Source of the DNA: an uncultured Coxiellaceae bacterium
Lineage (GTDB): Bacteria > Pseudomonadota > Gammaproteobacteria > DSM-16500
Direction of reading: 5' to 3'
Assembly: GCA_964533645.1 (NCBI GenBank)
Contig: CAZHMQ010000001.1
Location: forward strand, 1-54,556
Length of the DNA stretch: 54,556 nt
Position numbers and translations under genes: made by a program. The notes beneath the pieces were generated by a model. It saw nothing but the letters and a program-made list of their open reading frames with translations. It did no database searches and was not told where the DNA came from. Positions 1 through 9,999 of the stretch are shown here, one piece after another (within the stretch, counting starts at the first letter, position 1; every line of letters begins with the position of its first letter).

Positions 1-54
1 GTAGTCCCAAAGGTTTAGAGCTTGCGGACGCGGGTTCAATTCCCGCCGCCTCCA
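1..54 (+). ncRNA. ssrA: tmRNA (SsrA), 3'-terminal fragment: T-arm plus acceptor strand. The window starts inside the gene.
   Basis: GGACGCGGGTTCAATTCCCGCCGCCTCCA closely matches the remembered E. coli tmRNA 3' end GGACGCGGGTTCAACTCCCGCCAGCTCCACCA. The T-stem GCGGG/CCCGC flanks a TTCAATT loop. The CCA is not encoded. A P4-type integrase lies immediately downstream, as is usual for ssrA-targeted islands. Confidence 0.85.
26..41. repeat. attL core (inside the tmRNA T-arm)
   Basis: Identical 16-mer to 25505-25520. Confidence 0.75.
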
Positions 55-145
55 CTTAATTCTGATTCAATACCATCCAAAAACATACTAAAGGCCTTGA
101 AATAAAGGTCTTTTTTATTTATTCTTCGTCCTACCATGTCCAATA

Positions 146-218
146 GATACCCCCAACATCCGATGTGCTTTGGGGGCATTATCGGGGGTACTTCGATACC
201 CCAAAAAGGTGATACCCC
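146..218. promoter_or_regulatory. Cluster of GATACCCC motifs just upstream of int; candidate arm-type recombinase or Xis binding sites
   Basis: GATACCCC occurs at 146-153, 195-202 and 211-218. An inverted copy GGGGGTAC lies at 184-191. The same motif family recurs at 24466-24547. Confidence 0.4.
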
Positions 219-219
219 C

Positions 220-1434
220 ATGCCATTAAAAGACGTAACGATTAAGAATGCCAAGCCTCGCGAGAAGGCTTACAAACTTGCTGATGAAAAAGGTTTGTAC
301 CTTTATATCAAGCCCAATGGCTCAAAAGCTTGGCGCTTGAAATATCGATTCCTTGGCAAAGAGAAAACGCTCTCAATTGGCCTCTACCCTGATGTTGGCC
401 TATCAGATGCTAGAAACGCACGAGACAACGCTAGAAGAAAGCTCGCAGACAAGATTGACCCGGGTTTAGCCAAACAAGTATCTAAACATAGCGCAAAAGA
501 TGCCGCAGAAAACAGCTTCGAAACTATCGCGCGTGAGTGGTATACAAAATTCTCATCAAAATGGTCACCCAGCCATGGAGAGAGAATTTTACGACGATTG
601 GAAAAAGACATTTTTCCTTGGATTGGTAAACGCCCTATCGCAGAAATCACTGCACCAGAATTGCTATCAACTTTACGCCGCATGGAGAGTCGCGGCGCAA
701 TTGAAACAACGCATCGCGCCCACCAAAATTGCGGACAAGTGTTTCGTTACGCCATTGCAACCGGTCGCGCGGAACGCGACCCATCAAACGATTTAAAAGG
801 CGCAATCCCACCCGCGAAGAAAAAACATCATGCATCAATTATTAAACCAAGTGCAATCGGCGAACTCTTGCGCGCCCTCGATGGATATCAAGGGCATTTC
901 ATTACAAAGTGCGCATTACGCTTAGCGCCACTTGTTTTCGTAAGGCCAGGCGAACTACGCCACGCAGAATGGAACGAGTTTAATTTAGCAATTGGTGAAT
1001 GGCGCATACCTGCCGAAAAAATGAAAATGCGTGTTACGCATATTGTTCCCCTATCCACTCAGGCAATTGCAATTATACGAGAACTTAGAGCGTTAACAGG
1101 TGATGGCAAATATTTATTTCCTAGTGTTCGCAGCTCAAAACGTGCGATGTCAGAGAATACAGTTTTAGCAGCATTACGCCGCCTTGGTTACACCAGTAAT
1201 GAAATGACAGGTCATGGCTTTCGCTCCATGGCCAGCACTTTGCTAAATGAACAAGGCTGGACTCCTGATGCGATTGAACGCCAACTCGCTCATGGCGAAC
1301 GCAACACTGTTCGTGCTGCTTATAACTATGCTGAATATTTATCAGAGCGCAAAAAGATGATGCAGCAGTGGGCTGATTATTTGGATGAATTAAAAACTGG
1401 TGGAGAAATCATACAAATACGACAACGCGCTTAG
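220..1434 (+). CDS. Tyrosine recombinase/integrase, P4-like (DUF4102-type N-terminus)
   Basis: The N-terminus [44 protein letters not shown] is typical of P4/CP4-57-type integrases. The catalytic region contains HGFRSMAST (HxxR) and a C-terminal YNYAEY tyrosine. The start was moved to M29 of the listed ORF (ATG at 220). Confidence 0.9.
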   Translation: MPLKDVTIKNAKPREKAYKLADEKGLYLYIKPNGSKAWRLKYRFLGKEKTLSIGLYPDVGLSDARNARDNARRKLADKIDPGLAKQVSKHSAKDAAENSFETIAREWYTKFSSKWSPSHGERILRRLEKDIFPWIGKRPIAEITAPELLSTLRRMESRGAIETTHRAHQNCGQVFRYAIATGRAERDPSNDLKGAIPPAKKKHHASIIKPSAIGELLRALDGYQGHFITKCALRLAPLVFVRPGELRHAEWNEFNLAIGEWRIPAEKMKMRVTHIVPLSTQAIAIIRELRALTGDGKYLFPSVRSSKRAMSENTVLAALRRLGYTSNEMTGHGFRSMASTLLNEQGWTPDAIERQLAHGERNTVRAAYNYAEYLSERKKMMQQWADYLDELKTGGEIIQIRQRA

Positions 1435-4400
1435 TTATCTTTTGCAATAATACTCCAGTCACTTGATAGCATTTCAGCCTGCTGCAACACGGTTTGCACG
1501 GCAGCATCTTGCAAATCAGGAGGATAACCGTATTTACGAAGAATTCGTTTCACAAGCACACGCAGTCTCGCTCTAGCAGATTCACGATGCGCCCAATCGA
1601 CCGAAACGTTCTCACGTAAACTCACCAATAATTCATGGGCAATTAATCGAAGTTTATCATCACCCATAACCTCAACAGCGCTTTCATTTTCTGCCAACGC
1701 ATCGTAAAACGCGATTTCTTCGTCAGATAGGCCGGATTCTTCACCACGTTGCCGAGCAGCGCGAATATCTTTGGCTAATTTAATTAATTCCTGCATCACC
1801 TCAGCAGCTGTAATTGCATTCGCATGATAACGAGCCACTGCGTCTTCCAAGCGTTCCGAAAAAGCTTTGGTTTGCACAACATTCGCCTTGCTTCGTGAAC
1901 GAATACCATCATTAAGTAATTTTTTCAGAGCCTCTAAAGCGAGGTTCTTTTTTTCCATCTGCTGTACTTCAGCTAAAAATTCATCAGACAAAATAGAGAT
2001 ATCGGGAGTTTTAATACCGCTAGCCGCTAAAATATCGATGATCTCTGTAGAAACAACAGCTCGACTCACAATTTGCTGAATAGCTAATTCTCTGTCTTGC
2101 TTGGTTATACCCGAGCCATTAGAAATCTTAACTAATGCAGCACGTATCGCTTGGAAAAAGCCAACTTCTTCGCGAATTTTTTTAGCTTCATCAGATGCAG
2201 AAGCCAAAGAAAAAGATTTAGATAATGCTAATACTGCATCTTGATATCTGCGATGCGCATTTCTCTTGCCTTCATCTGTTTTCTCTTTAGTAGAGAGCTT
2301 ATGTTGCATATCAAGAATCCACTCGATTGCTTCAGCCATCATCTTTAAACGCTCTTGTGGGGTTCCTTGCAAAGCTGATTTGTAAGCAAATCCATGAAAC
2401 ATATCGCGAACGATTTCATATTTCTCCAACATCACCGCAATGGCTTTAGCCTCATCAACGCCAGTGTTATCTTGATCACTCTGTGAGTATTGCTGAAGCG
2501 CTGATTTAAGGTTCTGCGCAACACCAATATAATCGACAATTAATCCCGCAGGTTTATCACGGAATACACGGTTTACACGTGCAATCGCTTGCATCAGACC
2601 ATGTCCTTTCATTGGTTTGTCAATATACATAGTGTGCATACTCGGCGCATCAAATCCTGTCAGCCACATGTCACGGACAATTACTAATTTTAATGAGTCT
2701 TTTGCGTCGCGTGCGCGTTTTGCTAAATCATCACGTCGCTTTTTACTTCCAATATGCTGCTGCCATTCTTGAGTATCGCTTGCTGCACCTGTCATCACAA
2801 CTTTTATCATACCTTCATTATCATCTGCGCTATGCCACGCGGGACGCAACTTTATTATTTCATCGTATAACTTCACACAGATGCGACGACTCATGCATAC
2901 GATCATTGCTTTACCATCCAATGCTGAAATGCGATTTTCAAAATGCTCAACAATATCTTTTGCAACCATCGCAAGGCGCTTATCGCTTCCAACCAAAGCT
3001 TCAATCGTTGACCATTTCTTTTTGAATCTCTCTTGCTCTAATTCGGGATCGTCTTCTGTAAGCTCTGCAACCTCAGCATCTATATTGGGTTTTTCATCTT
3101 CATCAAGCTCAATGCGTGCAAGTCGAGATTCATAATAAATCGGCACAGTAGCACCATCTTCCACTGCACGGCTGATATCATAGATATCAATGTAATTGCC
3201 AAACACAGCGGGTGTATTAACATCGTCAGCTTCAATGGGTGTACCTGTAAAACCAATGAAAGAAGCATTCGGCAATGCGTCACGTAAATATTTTGCAAAT
3301 CCATAAGAAATCGCGGCAGTTTTTGCGTCAACTTTGGCACGAAAACCGTATTGACTACGATGTGCTTCGTCTGCAATGACTACGACATTGCGACGATCAG
3401 TTAACATCGGATATTCACTTTCACCTGTTTCAGGAGCAAATTTTTGAATTGTAGTAAAAACCACACCCCCAGATACACGATTCAAAATCTTCTGCAAATC
3501 TTCTCGACTTTCTGCTCGTACTGGAGTTTGTCGAATCAAATCTCGACACATTGAGAATGTCGTAAATAATTGGCCATCCAAATCATTACGATCTGTTAAT
3601 ACAACAAGTGTTGGATTTGCCATTGCAGGATGTTTCACTAATTGCCCCGCATAGAACGCCATCAGTAAACTTTTACCTGATCCTTGAGTGTGCCAAATAA
3701 CACCCGCTCGCTTATCACCTTGTGCTTGTAACTTTACGCTAGGCAAGCCGTAATTTGCTGGATTTTCGCGTACACCTTGCCAAGGGGTAGCGGCACGAAT
3801 CGTTGATTCAATCGCTTTTTGCACAGCGTGAAACTGATGATAGCCTGCAATAATTTTTACTAGACCACTATCTTTTTCACCAAAAACGGTAAAATCTCGG
3901 AATAAATTAAGAAGGCGTCGATGCTCAAAAATACCTTCAATCAAGACTGAAAGCTCAGGTTCACCTTTTGGCGCAACTTTTTTACCATCAGTGGTACGCC
4001 AAGGCATATAGCGCTCAAAGTCAGCAGAGAGCGAGCCAACACGCGCAGTAATACCATCTGAAATCACCAACAAGGCATTGGTGTTGAATAACGGTGAGAT
4101 TTGATTTTTATAAGTCTGAAGCTGATTGAATGCATCAAACACTGTTGCAGCATCACTGCCGGGCGCTTTTAACTCAATAACAGCAAGTGGTAATCCATTC
4201 ACAAATATAACCACATCAGGGCGCCGGTTATTCTGACCGGAAATAACAACAAACTGACTCACCGCTAACCAATCGTTTTGTTCTGGATGTTCAAAATTAA
4301 CAAGAACGACTTTGCCTGCAGCCAGCGTGCCATCTTCAGCATAATATTCAACGTCAACACCTTCAGTAATCAGTTTGTGAATGCGCCGATTTTCTTCGAT

Positions 4401-4646
4401 CACAGAAGGTAACTCAGATTGTGTGATCTTGCGGATAGCATCCTGCTGCGCTTCTACAGGTATGTCTGAATTTAGTCGTGCAACAGCATCTTTAAACCTT
4501 TTTTCAAGTATTACTACATCGTGACTTTCACGCTCAGGCCGGAGACCATCCGGGCCTATAACTTCGTCATTCTCAATGCTGTAGTTAAGAGTTTTGAGCT
4601 GATCCAGCATACTGTTTTCTATATCAGCCTCGGACAAAAAAGCCAT
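1431..4646 (-). CDS. hsdR: Type I restriction enzyme R subunit
   Basis: 1071 aa. It has a Walker A motif ([11 protein letters not shown]), a DEAH box (IADEAHRSQ), helicase C motifs ([17 protein letters not shown]) and a long helical C-terminus. It is the last gene of an hsdM-hsdS-X-hsdR operon. Confidence 0.93.
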   Translation of the reverse strand: MAFLSEADIENSMLDQLKTLNYSIENDEVIGPDGLRPERESHDVVILEKRFKDAVARLNSDIPVEAQQDAIRKITQSELPSVIEENRRIHKLITEGVDVEYYAEDGTLAAGKVVLVNFEHPEQNDWLAVSQFVVISGQNNRRPDVVIFVNGLPLAVIELKAPGSDAATVFDAFNQLQTYKNQISPLFNTNALLVISDGITARVGSLSADFERYMPWRTTDGKKVAPKGEPELSVLIEGIFEHRRLLNLFRDFTVFGEKDSGLVKIIAGYHQFHAVQKAIESTIRAATPWQGVRENPANYGLPSVKLQAQGDKRAGVIWHTQGSGKSLLMAFYAGQLVKHPAMANPTLVVLTDRNDLDGQLFTTFSMCRDLIRQTPVRAESREDLQKILNRVSGGVVFTTIQKFAPETGESEYPMLTDRRNVVVIADEAHRSQYGFRAKVDAKTAAISYGFAKYLRDALPNASFIGFTGTPIEADDVNTPAVFGNYIDIYDISRAVEDGATVPIYYESRLARIELDEDEKPNIDAEVAELTEDDPELEQERFKKKWSTIEALVGSDKRLAMVAKDIVEHFENRISALDGKAMIVCMSRRICVKLYDEIIKLRPAWHSADDNEGMIKVVMTGAASDTQEWQQHIGSKKRRDDLAKRARDAKDSLKLVIVRDMWLTGFDAPSMHTMYIDKPMKGHGLMQAIARVNRVFRDKPAGLIVDYIGVAQNLKSALQQYSQSDQDNTGVDEAKAIAVMLEKYEIVRDMFHGFAYKSALQGTPQERLKMMAEAIEWILDMQHKLSTKEKTDEGKRNAHRRYQDAVLALSKSFSLASASDEAKKIREEVGFFQAIRAALVKISNGSGITKQDRELAIQQIVSRAVVSTEIIDILAASGIKTPDISILSDEFLAEVQQMEKKNLALEALKKLLNDGIRSRSKANVVQTKAFSERLEDAVARYHANAITAAEVMQELIKLAKDIRAARQRGEESGLSDEEIAFYDALAENESAVEVMGDDKLRLIAHELLVSLRENVSVDWAHRESARARLRVLVKRILRKYGYPPDLQDAAVQTVLQQAEMLSSDWSIIAKDN

Positions 4647-4648
4647 TG

Positions 4649-5392
4649 TTATTCTGCCTCCACTTCATCAAAATTATTGGTTTGAATAGCCACATCACGC
4701 GCAGCATTTAGCGCTTCAACATATGCCACTCTATCGATTTGATATAAGAATCGACTAGCCTCAACACGCAGTGGAATTAAATCGCCCGTCGGCAACATCA
4801 CGTTAACAGCCAAATTGTTATCATCGTCTACACTAGCTTGCAAAGAAACATGCGCGTCAATGAGTTGATGAAACCGATTAAAGCGTTCATAAGGTTCACG
4901 TGTTCGCACTAAATCTAGCTCAGACTCTAAATAGGCTTGATGAAGAAAAGTCACGATAGCATCAGCAGATAGAACTGCGGCGCGATGATGATAAGTGGTT
5001 AACACTTGAATATATCCATCTTTACCATGACTAAGCGGACCAGCCTCGTTTCGTAACTCACGCAGTGAATTCGCTAACTTGTTATGGTATTTAATAATGT
5101 CAGCAAACTTTCTGTCGCGAATATCGCTTAATTTTAGTAAACGAGTTGCGACAGAAAGCCATTCGGTTATGGGCGCATCTTCACTCTTTGGCTTTACTGG
5201 TGATTCTGAATTATCAAGCTCTTCTATGATTATTCGACATACACATTCCACCAATCCTTTTGCTGCATCGATTGATGCATCGCTCTGACTATTGAGGCTT
5301 TCTTCAAGCGCCTTAAAAGTGTGCTGCAGCATCGTTGCATCACGCCAATAGCCACATGCTTCACGAATACCAGAGCACCAATCCAAACTCAT
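4649..5392 (-). CDS. Abi_C-like (putative HEPN-type) abortive-infection protein embedded in the type I R-M operon
   Basis: 247 aa. The motif [17 protein letters not shown] resembles the remembered RN..g..HG signature of the Abi_C family. Its start overlaps the hsdS stop (ATGA), and its stop lies 2 nt from the hsdR start. Confidence 0.5.
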   Translation of the reverse strand: MSLDWCSGIREACGYWRDATMLQHTFKALEESLNSQSDASIDAAKGLVECVCRIIIEELDNSESPVKPKSEDAPITEWLSVATRLLKLSDIRDRKFADIIKYHNKLANSLRELRNEAGPLSHGKDGYIQVLTTYHHRAAVLSADAIVTFLHQAYLESELDLVRTREPYERFNRFHQLIDAHVSLQASVDDDNNLAVNVMLPTGDLIPLRVEASRFLYQIDRVAYVEALNAARDVAIQTNNFDEVEAE

Positions 5393-6729
5393 GATGCATC
5401 CCCAATAATTTTTTCAGCATCTTTTACTCGTAATTCCCCAGAAATAAGCTTAGGCAAAAGCAAATCTCTAAGCGATTTAAGTGAATTATTCTCAAGCAAC
5501 TTTGATGAGACCTGGCTCCGAAGTGGGATAGTAACAAGATCAAACTCCCTGATTATCTCTATTGTTGGTAATATTACTTGAAGCTCCCCGAGCTTCACTC
5601 GACTCAACTCGATTTGACCAGTAGAACCTTCACCTAACGCTTCAATTTCAGTCTGTCGACTCAGCACATTCAATCCCAAAAAATTTGAGGTTATAGCAGG
5701 TGATGAGCGCACAATGGTAACGTGTGTATCAACAATGGCTTTTTCAGGTAAATATAATATTTGAGCAACCCGCCCAAGCGTACCCACTCCCGTGGAGTTT
5801 ACTAAAATGTCACCAATCTGCAGCTCACGACCATTGGTTCCCTTCAAACTATCGTCGTGTCTGCGTGACTTTGTAAAATCAACAATACCATTACGAATAC
5901 ATTTCTGATTCAAAACCATTGTGCCGCCTTCTTCTAGATACTTTGGCGGCAAACCACGATTTAAATAACTTGTTATCTCCTTTAGTTTCGAATAACTCCA
6001 GCCTTCAGGCACCTCTCCCACATCACATTTCACTAAATGTTTCGGAAATAAATCATAAAAATGGACTGGCAATCCAGGTAGCGACTGTCCACGTTTCCAG
6101 CGACCATCCATTTTTGCTCGCACAGGATCAAAATCTACAAACCATGATTTAAACAAAGCCCTAGCCATTGTTTCCACGGTCTCGTTGATTTGTTGGTTAA
6201 TTTCTATTTTTTCATCAAGTATGCCAAGAATGTGGGCTATAGCACTTTGTTCAGAAAGAGGCGGCAGTAAAAGGTCAACATTTTCGATGATGCTCCGTTT
6301 AGCGATATTTACTTGAACGCTTCCTGTCGATACTGAGACCAATGAATAAAATCCTGCTGGCGACGATAAGATTTGATACAAAAAGCGCGGATCGATTACA
6401 CGAGTGTCGGGGCGGAGGATCAACAAAGCTTGGCTGATAATACCGATTGGGTCTGTATCACGAATGATAGAAACTCGCCCCAACGTGCCTGAGCAACTAA
6501 TGATTAAATCGTTCGGTTGGACAGTAAATCGTGAAAGTTCTCGGTGTTTATTTTCATCGATAAAAAAGCGAAATTCTCGAGTGCCGTAGATTGCGTGTTG
6601 TTGTTCATAGACGGGGATGCCGCTAGATTGGAGTTCGCCGCGCTTTAATGCAGAGCCGAACGGGCCACGTATATATCCCTTCTGACCTAATACTTCGCCT
6701 AGTTTTACTAATTTCCAATCATTCGGCAT
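5389..6729 (-). CDS. hsdS: Type I restriction enzyme specificity subunit
   Basis: 446 aa with two target-recognition halves separated by conserved helices ([22 protein letters not shown]; [14 protein letters not shown]). It overlaps the hsdM stop. Confidence 0.87.
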   Translation of the reverse strand: MPNDWKLVKLGEVLGQKGYIRGPFGSALKRGELQSSGIPVYEQQHAIYGTREFRFFIDENKHRELSRFTVQPNDLIISCSGTLGRVSIIRDTDPIGIISQALLILRPDTRVIDPRFLYQILSSPAGFYSLVSVSTGSVQVNIAKRSIIENVDLLLPPLSEQSAIAHILGILDEKIEINQQINETVETMARALFKSWFVDFDPVRAKMDGRWKRGQSLPGLPVHFYDLFPKHLVKCDVGEVPEGWSYSKLKEITSYLNRGLPPKYLEEGGTMVLNQKCIRNGIVDFTKSRRHDDSLKGTNGRELQIGDILVNSTGVGTLGRVAQILYLPEKAIVDTHVTIVRSSPAITSNFLGLNVLSRQTEIEALGEGSTGQIELSRVKLGELQVILPTIEIIREFDLVTIPLRSQVSSKLLENNSLKSLRDLLLPKLISGELRVKDAEKIIGDAS

Positions 6730-8284
6730 AACCCAACCCCTTCAAGCTAGTGTCAATCGCAACATCTAGCTTGACCGCCGTTGCCCGCTGTTCGCGCCAC
6801 AATCGACTTAAACGCGACATCTTCTCATCGAAAGATTCGCCATCATCTTCTTGTTCTTCTGCCCCTACATATCTTCCGGGCGTCAACACATGACTATGTT
6901 TTTGAATTTCTTCTAAAGTTATCGATTTGCAAAACCCTGGTAGATCTATATATTCTCCAGCGCCTTTTTCTCCGCGCCAAGCATGATAGACGCTAGCAAT
7001 TCTGTTTACATCTTCATCGGTTAATTCACGGCGTGCACGATCAACCATAACGCCCAGTTTTCGGGCATCAATAAACAACACCAAGCCCCGCCGATCACGC
7101 AAATGTTCTTTGCCAGCTCTACCATTTGACTTGTCTCGCGCTAAAAACCATAAACAAGCAGGAATCTGCGTTGAATAGAAAAGTTGCCCTGGAAGCGCAA
7201 CCATGCAATCTACGACATCAGAATCAAGCATAGCTTTACGAATTTCACCTTCACCTGTTTGATTTGAAGACATAGAGCCGTTAGCCAACACAACACCTGC
7301 TGTGCCATAAGGCGCTAAATGGTGAATAATATGTTGAAGCCATGCATAGTTCGCATTTCCAGCAGGCGGAATACCATATTTCCAACGCACATCATCACGT
7401 AATCGCTCGCCACCCCAATCAGATATATTAAAGGGGGGATTAGCAAGCACATAATCTGCTTTCAAATCACGCAACTCATCCTTGTGAAAACTACCTTCAT
7501 TATTCCAGCGAATGTCAGAATCAATACCTCGAACGGCCAAATTCATTTTGGCTAATCGCCACGTTGTGTAATTCGATTCTTGCCCGTAGATGGCGATGTC
7601 GCCAATACGACCCCCATGTTCTTGTACAAATTTTTCAGATTGCACAAACATACCACCTGAACCGCAACAAGGATCATATACACGGCCAGAGTATGGCTCT
7701 AGCATTTCGACAAGCACTCGCACTACTGAACGCGGTGTATAGAATTCACCCCCGCGCTTACCTTCAGCGCCAGCAAACTGACCAAGGAAGTATTCATAAA
7801 CACGTCCCAGCACATCAGTGGACTTTTGACCCGTTTCATTCAGCGTGACACCAGAGATGAGGTCGATAAGCTCACCAAGCATTACCTTATTCAGTGCAGG
7901 TCGAGCATAGTCCTTGGAAAGCACGCCTTTGAGCGACTCGTTATCTTTCTCAATGGCACGCATTGCATCATCAATTAATGTGCCTATAGTAGGCAACTTG
8001 GCATTTGCTTGCAGATGTGACCAACGCGCCTCTTTGGGCACCCAAAACACATTTTCCGCGAGATACTCATCCTTGTCTTCTGCCGCATGCGAGTCTTCGG
8101 CTAGCAAAGCTTTGCGCTTCGTCTCGAACGCATCCGAGATGTACTTCAAAAAGATAAGCCCAAGCGCGACATGCTTGTAGTCAGAGGGCTCCATGTTGCC
8201 GCGGAGCTTATCTGCAGCCTTGAACATGTCAGCTTCAAAACCTAGGTTGGCACCATTAGGGGATTTGTCGTTCTTCGCCATCAT
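6719..8284 (-). CDS. hsdM: Type I R-M N6-adenine DNA methyltransferase subunit
   Basis: It carries an AdoMet motif ([12 protein letters not shown]), the catalytic NPPF ([11 protein letters not shown]) and an HsdM N-terminal helical domain ([12 protein letters not shown]). Confidence 0.93.
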   Translation of the reverse strand: MMAKNDKSPNGANLGFEADMFKAADKLRGNMEPSDYKHVALGLIFLKYISDAFETKRKALLAEDSHAAEDKDEYLAENVFWVPKEARWSHLQANAKLPTIGTLIDDAMRAIEKDNESLKGVLSKDYARPALNKVMLGELIDLISGVTLNETGQKSTDVLGRVYEYFLGQFAGAEGKRGGEFYTPRSVVRVLVEMLEPYSGRVYDPCCGSGGMFVQSEKFVQEHGGRIGDIAIYGQESNYTTWRLAKMNLAVRGIDSDIRWNNEGSFHKDELRDLKADYVLANPPFNISDWGGERLRDDVRWKYGIPPAGNANYAWLQHIIHHLAPYGTAGVVLANGSMSSNQTGEGEIRKAMLDSDVVDCMVALPGQLFYSTQIPACLWFLARDKSNGRAGKEHLRDRRGLVLFIDARKLGVMVDRARRELTDEDVNRIASVYHAWRGEKGAGEYIDLPGFCKSITLEEIQKHSHVLTPGRYVGAEEQEDDGESFDEKMSRLSRLWREQRATAVKLDVAIDTSLKGLGYAE

Positions 8285-8490
8285 TTAGTCCTTTCGTTAT
8301 CATCAGTTGTCGCGACCATCAATTCGTCTTGCTCAGAAATCACAATTCCATTTTGTCTGCAGTAATCACAAATCAATACTTCTACCATATTTGCTATAGA
8401 CCAGTGCTCAAGCTCTGCCGCGGACCGAAGTGTTTCTTTTAGCTTTGGCTCGATGCATATTGTTAAAGTAGCTGTCTTATTGTTGCTCAT
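8281..8490 (-). CDS. Small ribbon-helix-helix-like protein; putative controller or regulator heading the R-M operon
   Basis: 69 aa. The pattern [33 protein letters not shown] fits a beta-strand/helix/helix RHH fold. Its stop overlaps the hsdM start (ATGA). Confidence 0.5.
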   Translation of the reverse strand: MSNNKTATLTICIEPKLKETLRSAAELEHWSIANMVEVLICDYCRQNGIVISEQDELMVATTDDNERTK

Positions 8491-8587
8491 TTATTGAACG
8501 CCAAAAGTACTGCAAATGTACAACATAATCCGATACAATCCAAGGTTTTTAGTTAATCACCATCCCCCAATATGATAAGGAGAATCA

Positions 8588-9352
8588 ATGAATAAACCCT
8601 GGGAAAATGATACCTGCGATGAAATCTTTACCTATTTTGCACACTACCCAGTGCAAGTAGCTGCCGCACTCTGGTGTGGGATCCCAGAAAACCAGATTAG
8701 CAAATACATCAATGAATCAGTCGAAATGCAAAGAGGAATCTATAAACACCCGAATGTAAAATGTTTAGAAGCAAAGTGTAGAGCGATGCATAACGCCATT
8801 GATTCAGGTCTTTTACCAGTAAGTCGCGAAAATGGAACTATAGTCACTGAACATGTTGCACCTGAGCGGCGGCATGTTTCTCGCAAACATCTTAAGGAAT
8901 GGATTGCAGAAACATTTCCAAACAACAAGCCACCTTTCCTATTTGATGAACTAGAACGTAAAACACACAAAGCAATTGATGCTGATTCATATCGCTCTCT
9001 ACAAGCAGACAGGGATGCACTGCGTACAGAAAATGAAAAAATGCGACTGCTTGTTTCAAAGCTTACTAGCGAAAGAGATTCATTGCGCGGAGAAAACAAT
9101 TCCTTAAAAGCAATGGTCGAAAAAAATAACCAGCCAGGTGTGAGATCAGAAACAACTTATTTGAATATCATCGGTGGGTTGCTCGGGCTGATGTTATCAA
9201 ATTCACCCAATGGGAAACCGCAATCTGTATTTATTAATCAAGCAGCTATTATTTCTGCATTGTTAGGGCACTACCCAAATAAACCTGGTATTTCAGATAG
9301 GACTCTTGAAGTTAAATTTGCTGAAGCCAAACGCAGTCTTACAGCAACATAG
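8588..9352 (+). CDS. Hypothetical island protein with a central coiled coil
   Basis: 254 aa with a good RBS (AGGAG 7 nt upstream). It has a heptad-like segment DRDALRTENEKMRLLVSKLTSERDSLRGENNSLKAMVE. No family was recognised. Confidence 0.55.
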   Translation: MNKPWENDTCDEIFTYFAHYPVQVAAALWCGIPENQISKYINESVEMQRGIYKHPNVKCLEAKCRAMHNAIDSGLLPVSRENGTIVTEHVAPERRHVSRKHLKEWIAETFPNNKPPFLFDELERKTHKAIDADSYRSLQADRDALRTENEKMRLLVSKLTSERDSLRGENNSLKAMVEKNNQPGVRSETTYLNIIGGLLGLMLSNSPNGKPQSVFINQAAIISALLGHYPNKPGISDRTLEVKFAEAKRSLTAT

Positions 9353-9357
9353 CATCG

Positions 9358-9373
9358 TACCGCAATTGCGGTA
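9358..9373. promoter_or_regulatory. Perfect 16-bp palindrome TACCGCAATTGCGGTA between the 254-aa gene and alpA; operator or weak terminator
   Basis: The sequence is self-complementary and lies in a 100-bp intergenic gap directly upstream of the AlpA-like gene. Confidence 0.35.
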
Positions 9374-9454
9374 GCACTTACCGTAGTTGCAGTGCAGTTA
9401 AAAATCAGACAACGGAAGATGTATTCATCCCAAACTAAAGAAGGATGGATACAA

Positions 9455-9670
9455 ATGAACGAACTACCTCAAGCTGGATATCTAAGATTATCTCAAATTC
9501 TTGGCAACAAGAAGGCGACGCCACCGACACCCCCAATTATTCCTATCAGCAAATCATCATGGTGGGAGGGGGTGAAAACTGGCCGCTATCCTAAACCTGT
9601 GAAATTAGGACCTCGCACTACTGCATGGCGAGTTGAAGACAATGGCGAGTTGAAGACATACGTCATCTAA
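9455..9670 (+). CDS. AlpA-family transcriptional regulator/excisionase-like protein
   Basis: YLRLSQILG...IPISKSSWWEGVKTGRYPKPVKLGPRTTAWRVED matches the AlpA/prophage CP4-57 regulatory pattern. The start was moved to M22 (RBS AAGGATGG). Confidence 0.75.
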   Translation: MNELPQAGYLRLSQILGNKKATPPTPPIIPISKSSWWEGVKTGRYPKPVKLGPRTTAWRVEDNGELKTYVI

Positions 9671-9697
9671 TCGAAAACGGTATAAGAGGAGACGGCC

Positions 9698-9997
9698 ATG
9701 AAATTCAAATCAAAGCGTAGGAAATATAAATCGGCATTTAACCGCAATTTATTACCAAGCCCAGGTGAATATTACCGAAAACAAGGGTTGAAACTCACTG
9801 GTGGTGCCGAATGGAAATCCGCTATCTGCCCATTCCATGAAGATAAAAACCCTAGTCTACGATTACGTTTAGATTCGGGAGGCTTTCGATGCATGGCTTG
9901 TGGTGTACATGGTGGTGATGTACTGGCATTCCACATGCAACTTCATAAATTAAATTTTATGAGTGCCGCACGCGCACTCGGTGCATTGGAGGAGTAG
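9698..9997 (+). CDS. CHC2-type primase zinc-finger protein (stand-alone)
   Basis: CPFHEDKNPSLRL...FRCMACGVHGGDVLAF is the DnaG/P4-alpha-type CHC2 zinc-finger signature. It is 99 aa with a strong RBS. Confidence 0.78.
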   Translation: MKFKSKRRKYKSAFNRNLLPSPGEYYRKQGLKLTGGAEWKSAICPFHEDKNPSLRLRLDSGGFRCMACGVHGGDVLAFHMQLHKLNFMSAARALGALEE

Positions 9998-9999
9998 TT

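Noticed and set aside
136-219. N-terminal 28-codon extension of the integrase ORF (MSNRYPQHPMCFGG...)
   Set aside because: P4-type integrases start at the MPLKD/MSLTD-like motif. The extension is made of the repeated GATACCCC/GGGGG motifs and is more likely regulatory DNA.
36-254. 72-aa minus-strand ORF covering the tmRNA end and the integrase upstream region
   Set aside because: It overlaps a recognisable tmRNA 3' end and the motif cluster. Its composition is Gly/Pro-rich as an artefact of the GATACCCC repeats, and it has no family signal.
1867-3376. Several 70-110-aa ORFs antisense to or out of frame with hsdR, and similar ones inside hsdS, hsdM, the primase, the PrimPol-helicase, copA, pilD and others
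   Set aside because: They lie entirely inside long ORFs that have strong family motifs, and they have skewed, low-complexity translations. They are typical shadow ORFs.
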